Virus record (IMG/VR): IMGVR_UViG_3300031965_000076
Span: 1 to 40,588 of that record
Length of the DNA stretch: 40,588 nt
Reading direction: 5' to 3' (one strand)
Source: a virus
Taxonomy: Duplodnaviria > Caudoviricetes
Numbering within the stretch: the first letter of the stretch is position 1; every line of letters begins with the position of its first letter. The notes beneath the pieces were generated by a model. That model was not told where the DNA came from. It saw only the letters and a list, made by a program, of their open reading frames with translations, and searched no databases. Made by a program: the position numbers and the translations under genes. Positions 34,820 through 40,588 of the stretch are shown piece by piece.

Positions 34820-35019
34820 CCGCGCGGGGCGGGAAGTCCCGCGTCCGGCCGCACCTGTTCGCGCCCGACCCGGCCGTGCCCGTCGACCAGGACGGGCGGC
34901 ACTACTGCCGCACCTGCGGCGTCGCCGAACGCGACGGCGACCTACGCCACACGCTGCCGGTGATGTCCGAAAGAGACGCGCAAGAGCGCGCGGCCGGCGA
35001 GAGCGCGGGTGCCGAGTGA
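34816..35019 (+). CDS. Small Zn-finger-like protein
   Basis: 67 aa; H...CRTC...H. Confidence 0.55.
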   Translation: MTARGGKSRVRPHLFAPDPAVPVDQDGRHYCRTCGVAERDGDLRHTLPVMSERDAQERAAGESAGAE

Positions 35020-35120
35020 GCCTCGTGTGGACCCACGTCGCTGACGCCCTGCCGACGCTGGTCGTGTCGGCGCTGATCGTCTGGTGGGTATCCGGCTCGC
35101 CCACATGGGGAGGCGCCTGA
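35016..35120 (+). CDS. 34-aa single-TM microprotein
   Basis: GTGA-coupled hydrophobic ORF. Confidence 0.45.
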   Translation: MSLVWTHVADALPTLVVSALIVWWVSGSPTWGGA

Positions 35121-35197
35121 CACGGCCCGAACCGTCCCCGATAGCGGCCGGGCCGCAATGCGCAATGGCAGAGCACGAGGCAAGAGGAGAGAGCCTG

Positions 35198-36217
35198 ATG
35201 GGCGACGAATGGATCAGCGCCGAAACCGAGGCGAAGGAGGAAGACTTCCGCGGCATCCTCGGCATGCACGTCAACATCTGCAAGGGCATCTTTCGCCGCC
35301 AGCCCACATCGCCATACCTGTATGTAGACCTGTTCGCCGGCCGCGGACACCTGGAGTTCAAGGGGCGCCAGTTCCCTGGCAGTCCGCTGATCGCCCGGGA
35401 CATCCTTGCGCGCACAGGAATCCCGAGCGAGACGCTCCACTACGAGCGCGACCCGGCCGAGGCGGCGCTGCTCGCCGAAGCCCTATGGACTCCGGCCAAC
35501 CTGCTCGATACACCGGATCCGGAGAGCGCACCGATCCACGTCGAGTCCTGCCAGGAGGGGTTTACCCGGTGGCTCGACGAGCACGGCCACCAGGGCGACC
35601 GGTACGGGCTCGTCTACTCCGACCCGATCCGCGATGAGATCCCGCACGAGCTGCTGAACAAGGCCGCGAAGTACCTGCCCCGCGTCGACCTGCTCTCGTA
35701 CGTCGCCGCGACCCAGTACAAGCGCCGCCGTGGCGCCGACCCCGGTCGGCCGTTCCTGGCCGACCACATTCGGGCCGTCGACAAGCGGGTGGCTCTGATC
35801 CGCGAACCGATCGGTATGTGGCAGTGGACGTTCGTGCTGTGGTCGAACTGGGTCAACCTGCCCGAGTGGCACAGGCGCGGCTTCTACCGCCTCGACTCGG
35901 AACAGGGCGAGCGCATCCTCGACCGGCTCAACCTGTCCAAGGGCGAGCAGCACGCGAAGGTCAATACGCCGCTGCCCATTCCGGAACCCGAGCAGCCCTA
36001 TCGCACGTACCGGGAGTATCTGAAGCACCCGCGGTTCCTGGCCGTTCGCGCTCAGGTCTTCGAGCGGGCCGGCGGCGTGTGCGAGCGGTGCATGGACCGG
36101 ACACCGACGGAGCCACACCATCTGCGTTATCCGCCCTGGGGCACGTTCGACGTGCCCGAGAACATGATCGCCGTCTGCCACGGCTGCCACTGCGAGATCC
36201 ACGGGAAGGCCTCATGA
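35198..36217 (+). CDS. TcmP-like SAM-methyltransferase-fold protein fused to a C-terminal HNH endonuclease
   Basis: YLYVDLFAGRG (SAM motif I), GSPLIA and LVYSDP; then YREYL...CERC...HHLRY...N...VCHGCH (HNH); GAGGAG RBS. Confidence 0.75.
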   Translation: MGDEWISAETEAKEEDFRGILGMHVNICKGIFRRQPTSPYLYVDLFAGRGHLEFKGRQFPGSPLIARDILARTGIPSETLHYERDPAEAALLAEALWTPANLLDTPDPESAPIHVESCQEGFTRWLDEHGHQGDRYGLVYSDPIRDEIPHELLNKAAKYLPRVDLLSYVAATQYKRRRGADPGRPFLADHIRAVDKRVALIREPIGMWQWTFVLWSNWVNLPEWHRRGFYRLDSEQGERILDRLNLSKGEQHAKVNTPLPIPEPEQPYRTYREYLKHPRFLAVRAQVFERAGGVCERCMDRTPTEPHHLRYPPWGTFDVPENMIAVCHGCHCEIHGKAS

Positions 36218-37500
36218 CAGACCTGCTATCTAGCTCGGCCGACATGAACGCGGCGGAGGCGAAGGAATTCGTCGACTACATCCATTCCGTCCAGGACGAG
36301 GCACCGCGGCGCGTCATCGACGCGTACCGGCGGCGCGCGTGGCTGGCGCGTGGATTCGAGTCGTGGGCAGCGATGTGCGATGGAGATGATTTGCGACTGC
36401 CGCGTGAAGTGACGGCCGAACTGCGCGCCGGCGGCTTGTCGATCCGGGCGGTCGCCAGCGTCACGGGCGTCGGATATGGCACCGCCCAGAGAGACGCCGA
36501 GCCTACTGATCCAAGCGCCCAGCAGAATGGGTCAGTAGGCTCGGCGATCCAAGGCCTGAACGGCAAGAACTACGGCGCCCAGCCGGATCCGGATCCCACG
36601 CCGGACGTGCCGCTCTGGGATGAGCCGGAACCCGAACCGCAGCCCGATCCGGCACCGGCGTCCCGCCCGACGGCACCCACACCGCAGCCGACTCCGCCGG
36701 CACGCCCGGCCCCGGTGATGCTGACGCTGCGCACGCACAAGGGCGACGCAGTCGACTACCCGAAGCCCGCGGCCAAGGCCACGTTCAACGAGACGACCGG
36801 CGACGGTATCTCCTGGGCGTCCTGGTCGTGGAATCCGGTCACCGGCTGCCTGCACGGCTGCGACTACTGCTACGCCCGCGCCATCGCCGCACGCTTCCCC
36901 GACGGCTTCCCGGCCGGCTTCACCCCGCTGTTCCACCACGAACGCCTCAGCGCGCCCGCCAACACCACAATCCCCGCGGCGCACCGCGACGACCCCGCCT
37001 ACCGGCGCGTGTTCGTGTGCTCCATGGCCGACCTCTACGGCCGGTGGGTGCCCGACGAGTGGATCGAGCAGGTGCACGCCTCGATGCTGGCCACCCCTGA
37101 GTGGGAGTACCTGCTGCTGACCAAGTTCCCCGGCCGCTACGTCGGCCTGGACCTGCCGCCGAACGCCTGGGTCGGCACCTCGGTCGACGAGCAGAAGCGC
37201 GTCCGGATCGCCGAGGACGCCTTCCGCAAGATCGACGGCGTCAAGGTGAAGTGGCTCAGCCTGGAACCGCTCAAGGAGCCGCTCGAATTCGACGACCTGT
37301 CGATGTTCGACTGGGTCGTCATCGGCGCGCAGACCGCCACCCGCCAGCCCGACGGCCCGGTGGACGCGTTCGCGCCGCCGTTCGAGTGGGTCGCCCGGAT
37401 CGTGGTCCAGGCGCTCGACGCTGGCTGTCGCGTGCACATGAAGCCCAACCTGTTCGGCAACCCCGGCATGGTCCCGCTCGACCTGTACCCCGGAGCCTGA
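36214..37500 (+). CDS. DUF5131 (phage Gp37/Gp68) radical-SAM-like protein with an N-terminal HTH
   Basis: SWNPVTGCLHGCDYCYA, VFVCSMADL, LLTK, WVGTSV, WLSLEPL and DWVVIG; N-terminal RAW..GF.SW plus GLSIRAVASVTGVGYGTAQRD HTH and a Pro-rich linker. Confidence 0.88.
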   Translation: MTDLLSSSADMNAAEAKEFVDYIHSVQDEAPRRVIDAYRRRAWLARGFESWAAMCDGDDLRLPREVTAELRAGGLSIRAVASVTGVGYGTAQRDAEPTDPSAQQNGSVGSAIQGLNGKNYGAQPDPDPTPDVPLWDEPEPEPQPDPAPASRPTAPTPQPTPPARPAPVMLTLRTHKGDAVDYPKPAAKATFNETTGDGISWASWSWNPVTGCLHGCDYCYARAIAARFPDGFPAGFTPLFHHERLSAPANTTIPAAHRDDPAYRRVFVCSMADLYGRWVPDEWIEQVHASMLATPEWEYLLLTKFPGRYVGLDLPPNAWVGTSVDEQKRVRIAEDAFRKIDGVKVKWLSLEPLKEPLEFDDLSMFDWVVIGAQTATRQPDGPVDAFAPPFEWVARIVVQALDAGCRVHMKPNLFGNPGMVPLDLYPGA

Positions 37501-37503
37501 CCC

Positions 37504-38184
37504 ATGCCGTGGTTCAAAGTGGACGACTCGTTTCATTCACACCCCAAGGTGCTTGCCGCGACGCCGGCCGCGCTCGGGCTGTGGGTGGTCGCTGGGTCGT
37601 GGTCAGGAGCGAACCTCTCCGATGGGCTCGTTCCCGATCACGTCTTGCCGCGGCTGCTCCCGGACTCGGCAACGCTGGCGCGTGAGCTGGTCGCCGCGGG
37701 GCTGTGGAAGAGGGTGCGGGGCGGCTACCGGTTCCACGACTGGAGCGACTTCAATCCGCAACGAACGATCATCGAAGAGGAGAGGAAGGCCGCTCGGGAA
37801 CGGATGCGGAAACTGCGCAGCGGACGTAAAGGAGCAGCGCAGGCGCAATCCGGTTCGCCCGAACAGGAGGCGAACGTTCGGGATGTGTTCGTAACCCCGA
37901 CCCGACCCGACCCGTTCTTAGGGGGGCGCTCTAGTAGATCCACTTACGACCGCACGCACGCGGCCTCAGAGCCCCCCTCCCCGAGATGCCCGGAACACGA
38001 CGGGCAACCCAGCGACGACCCCTGCGGCCGGTGCGCCGAAGCCCGCCGGGCCCGCGCCCACTGGGACCTCGCCGACGCCGAACGCCGGCGCAACGCACCC
38101 AAGTGCCGATCCCATCGCGGTCAGCCCGCCGACAACTGCGCGCTCTGCCGCTCCGAAGCCCTCGCCGAATCGGAGGACCGATGA
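37504..38184 (+). CDS. Replication initiator-like protein (N-terminal winged helix)
   Basis: MPWFKVDD.FHSHPK...GLW...DG...LV.AGLW...Y.FHDW...RERMR typical of actinophage replication proteins; C-terminal Cys/His motifs. Confidence 0.75.
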   Translation: MPWFKVDDSFHSHPKVLAATPAALGLWVVAGSWSGANLSDGLVPDHVLPRLLPDSATLARELVAAGLWKRVRGGYRFHDWSDFNPQRTIIEEERKAARERMRKLRSGRKGAAQAQSGSPEQEANVRDVFVTPTRPDPFLGGRSSRSTYDRTHAASEPPSPRCPEHDGQPSDDPCGRCAEARRARAHWDLADAERRRNAPKCRSHRGQPADNCALCRSEALAESEDR

Positions 38185-38481
38185 CCGACCTGCGCGACCA
38201 GCTCGCCGACTTCGAAGCCGCCGCCCGACGCCTCCACATCACCCCCGCCGGCGCCCGACCCATCCACCTCACCGACCGGCGCGGCATCGCCCACACCCTC
38301 TGGCGCATCCGCACCGACGCGGGCATGAGCCCCCGACGGCCTCGCCGCACGCCTGCGCCTGTCACGGTCCGGCGTCTGCAAACGCGAGCACGACGGCCGG
38401 ATCCCCGCCTCAGCCCTCATCGACCACGCCCGAGCCCTCGGCTACACGCTGGCGCTCATCCCAGACCGGAGGACCGCATGA
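38181..38481 (+). pseudogene. XRE-HTH gene interrupted by a +1 frameshift
   Basis: Frame 0 ...IRTDAGMS continues as an HTH only in the +1 frame after C5 (38330-38334): PDGLAARLRLSRSGVCKRE...ALGYTLALIP*. Confidence 0.65.
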
Positions 38482-38780
38482 CCCTCGACCTCGTCCAGCT
38501 CGGCCACGCCGTCCGCGAGGCGCGCAAGGCCGCCGGACTCACCCAACCCGAACTCGGCGCCAAGCTCGGCATCTCCGCCGTCGCCGTCAGTCAGGTCGAG
38601 AAGGCGAGGACTGCACCCGCCCTCGCCAAGGTCGCCGCGATCGCCGACGCCCTCGGCGTCAGCATCGGCGTGCTCTTCGGCGACCCGCTCGCCTGCGCCG
38701 AACACGCCGTCGCCCAGGTCCGCGCCGAGGTGCGCGCCCTCGGCTACGACCTGGCGCTCATCCCCCGGGAGCGGCCGTGA
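38478..38780 (+). CDS. XRE-family HTH protein
   Basis: 100 aa; VREARKAAGLTQPELGAKLGIS..AVSQVE...IADALGV; GGAGG RBS. Confidence 0.85.
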   Translation: MTLDLVQLGHAVREARKAAGLTQPELGAKLGISAVAVSQVEKARTAPALAKVAAIADALGVSIGVLFGDPLACAEHAVAQVRAEVRALGYDLALIPRERP

Positions 38781-38956
38781 GCGACCGGGACGCGGCCAAC
38801 GCCTACATGCGTGAGTGGCGCTCACGACCCGACGTCCGGGCCCGCGAACGCGCCAGAATCGCCGCCCGCGGCCGGGCCTCGACCCGGCTCGCCGCCGAAC
38901 ACCCCGAGCGCTACCGCGAACTGGTCGCCGAAGAACTCGCCCGAGGTGAGCCGTGA
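38777..38956 (+). CDS. Small basic hypothetical protein
   Basis: 59 aa VSDRDAANAYMREWR...HPERYRELVAEE; GTGA-coupled at both ends. Confidence 0.6.
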   Translation: MSDRDAANAYMREWRSRPDVRARERARIAARGRASTRLAAEHPERYRELVAEELARGEP

Positions 38957-39225
38957 GCCTGCGACCCGAACTCGCCGCCGCCCACGACCTGCCGCCGTTC
39001 CTACGTCGCCAAGACCTCGCCTGCCTCGACGTCAACCCGGAGATCTTCTACCCGCCCTCCGGTGGCGACGGCGCCACCGAAGCCCGCCGCATCTGCCGCC
39101 GCTGCCCCGTCACCGACGAATGCCTGGTCTGGGCCGTCGAGACCGGCCAGAGCTGGGGTGTGTGGGGCGGCAAGACCGGCAAGGAACGCCACGCCATCCG
39201 CCGCACCCTCAAGGAGCCGCTGTGA
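38953..39225 (+). CDS. whiB: WhiB-family Fe-S transcription factor
   Basis: C...PEIFYP...CRRCPV...C...GVWGG...ER. Confidence 0.93.
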   Translation: MSLRPELAAAHDLPPFLRRQDLACLDVNPEIFYPPSGGDGATEARRICRRCPVTDECLVWAVETGQSWGVWGGKTGKERHAIRRTLKEPL

Positions 39226-39365
39226 CCACCACCGACGGAGACGCCCCGCCCGCCCGCCGCATCTTGCCCCAGGACGGCGAAACCGCCCCGTTGGTAGTCC
39301 CGGGTGCGACCGGGAGTTTCGAGGCCGCAGAATCGCGCACAGACGGGCAGGTGATCGAGCCGTGA
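39222..39365 (+). CDS. Hypothetical protein
   Basis: 47 aa; AAGGAG RBS; GTGA-coupled. Confidence 0.4.
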   Translation: MTTTDGDAPPARRILPQDGETAPLVVPGATGSFEAAESRTDGQVIEP

Positions 39366-39602
39366 GCACCAGATGGCGCTGGATCGCCGCCGCCGTCGCC
39401 GTCGGCATCCTGATATCCGTCTTCGCGGCCGCAGCAGCAATCACCGCACTCCTCGCCGGCCTGACACTCCTCACCATCCACTGGACCGATCGTCCACATT
39501 GCGCCGCCGATCATCCGACTGCACCATTCCCAGCCTCGACCACCCCACCCAACCCAATGCACAGTGTCATGGCCCCATCACCCGAAGATCCAGGGACAGG
39601 TC

Positions 39603-40091
39603 ATGACCTACTCACACCAGCAACAGCCCCACCAGCCGCCCACACCACCCAAACAAGGGCGAACCATGACCTGGATCCTCGGCGCCATCGGCCTCATCCT
39701 GATCCTCTGCATCGGATTCGCAGCCATCGGCGCCCTCACCACAGACGACAACCCCACAGCCGGCACCACACCCACCACAGCCGCGACCACCACCGCGGCG
39801 AAAGCACCGAAGCCCACCGACTTCAAACTCACCGCCAAGACCACCGAACAGACCTGCTACGGCGAAGCAGGCTGTGCCGTCACCTGGCTCCCCGAAATCA
39901 CCTACACCGGACCCGCACTCACCTCGACCTGGCTCATCTCCTACGAGGTCACAGGCGTCGAGTCCGGCACCAAAGCCGGAACCATCGTGATAGGCCGCAC
40001 AGGCCCAGCCAAGCAACGCGAGAAACGCGGCCGCACCGCAGGCGACGACACCAAGGTCACACTGAAGATCACAGGTATCGAACCAGGCTGA
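39603..40091 (+). CDS. Single-pass membrane protein with an extracytoplasmic domain
   Basis: 162 aa; Gln/Pro N-terminus, TM, Thr-rich linker, and a CYGEAGC disulfide-type motif. Confidence 0.75.
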   Translation: MTYSHQQQPHQPPTPPKQGRTMTWILGAIGLILILCIGFAAIGALTTDDNPTAGTTPTTAATTTAAKAPKPTDFKLTAKTTEQTCYGEAGCAVTWLPEITYTGPALTSTWLISYEVTGVESGTKAGTIVIGRTGPAKQREKRGRTAGDDTKVTLKITGIEPG

Positions 40092-40103
40092 CCAGGAGAT
40101 GAC

Positions 40104-40382
40104 ATGAGCGCAGGATGGGAAGGCGGATCAGACACCCGATGGCGCAACTTCCGCGCCCACATCCTCGCCCGCGACCACTACCTCTGCCGCATCAAAGGAC
40201 CCGGCTGCACAAACACGGCACCCCTGATCGGCGGCCACGTCGACCACATCGTCCTACTCATCATGGGCGGACAGAAATACGACCCGGCGAACTGTCGGGC
40301 CGCATGCCGGGCCTGCAACCTCGCACGGAAGAAAACACAGCTCGTCGAGGAGCCCGCGCCGCGGCGTGTCAGCTCATGGTGA
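40104..40382 (+). CDS. HNH endonuclease (terminase-associated type)
   Basis: W...R..IL.RD...C.....C...VDHI...GG...N....C..CN; located at the right genome end. Confidence 0.9.
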   Translation: MSAGWEGGSDTRWRNFRAHILARDHYLCRIKGPGCTNTAPLIGGHVDHIVLLIMGGQKYDPANCRAACRACNLARKKTQLVEEPAPRRVSSW

Positions 40383-40558
40383 TCAAGGGTTGCGCAGCAT
40401 GCGTACTCGGCATGGACCCTGGACATGACCATGTGCGGACCAAGCAATACGTGCTGTGCGACGACAAGCATCAGCCCGATCATCCGCGCGGCATGAGGCC
40501 AGAGGACTGCGCAACGTGCGCTGAGCATCCGAGATGGGCCGGCTCAGCGCACGGCTGA
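40376..40558 (+). CDS. Small Cys/His-rich protein
   Basis: 60 aa MVIKGCAAC...CATC; overlaps the HNH stop. Confidence 0.4.
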   Translation: MVIKGCAACVLGMDPGHDHVRTKQYVLCDDKHQPDHPRGMRPEDCATCAEHPRWAGSAHG

Positions 40559-40588
40559 AAAGTTCACGGAGGGTGGGGCCAGGAACAC

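Noticed and set aside
37860-37891. LexA/SOS box
   Set aside because: The CGAAC/GTTCG half-sites lack the N4 spacing and are intragenic; better explained as iterons.
39062-40102. 346-aa ORF as a real gene
   Set aside because: It overlaps whiB and the membrane-protein gene out of frame; only the hydrophobic segment from 39362 looks protein-like and may be a remnant.

Overview
The window looks like a complete or near-complete ~40.6 kb temperate, very GC-rich actinomycete siphovirus genome in its unintegrated form; the host genus cannot be determined from sequence alone. The left arm holds terminase genes, inverted so they face away from the portal, then an HK97-type portal, ClpP-like protease and capsid, six extra virion genes, the tail genes (short tape measure) and a five-gene lysis cassette. 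The centre holds an RHH/GIY-YIG cassette, an AlpA-like HTH, a membrane protein, a catalytically dead resolvase-like domain, a short tyrosine integrase, a repressor with a probable internal attP, and Cro. The right arm holds recombination genes (PD-(D/E)XK exonuclease, ERF, Holliday junction resolvase), many small Zn-finger ORFs, a HAD phosphatase, a replication initiator, XRE HTHs, WhiB and a packaging-type HNH. The best candidate for an undescribed system is the coupled pair at 35198-37500: a TcmP-like SAM-methyltransferase-fold protein fused to an HNH nuclease, followed by an HTH-fused DUF5131 protein with a canonical radical-SAM CxxxCxxC motif. Other highlights are the inverted terminase cassette with a palindromic divergent leaderless promoter, a +1 rather than -1 tail-chaperone frameshift, direct-repeat gene junctions, an unannotated 28-aa Pro/Arg peptide and two TTA codons in the portal. 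All functional calls come from motif recognition by eye; no database searches were run.
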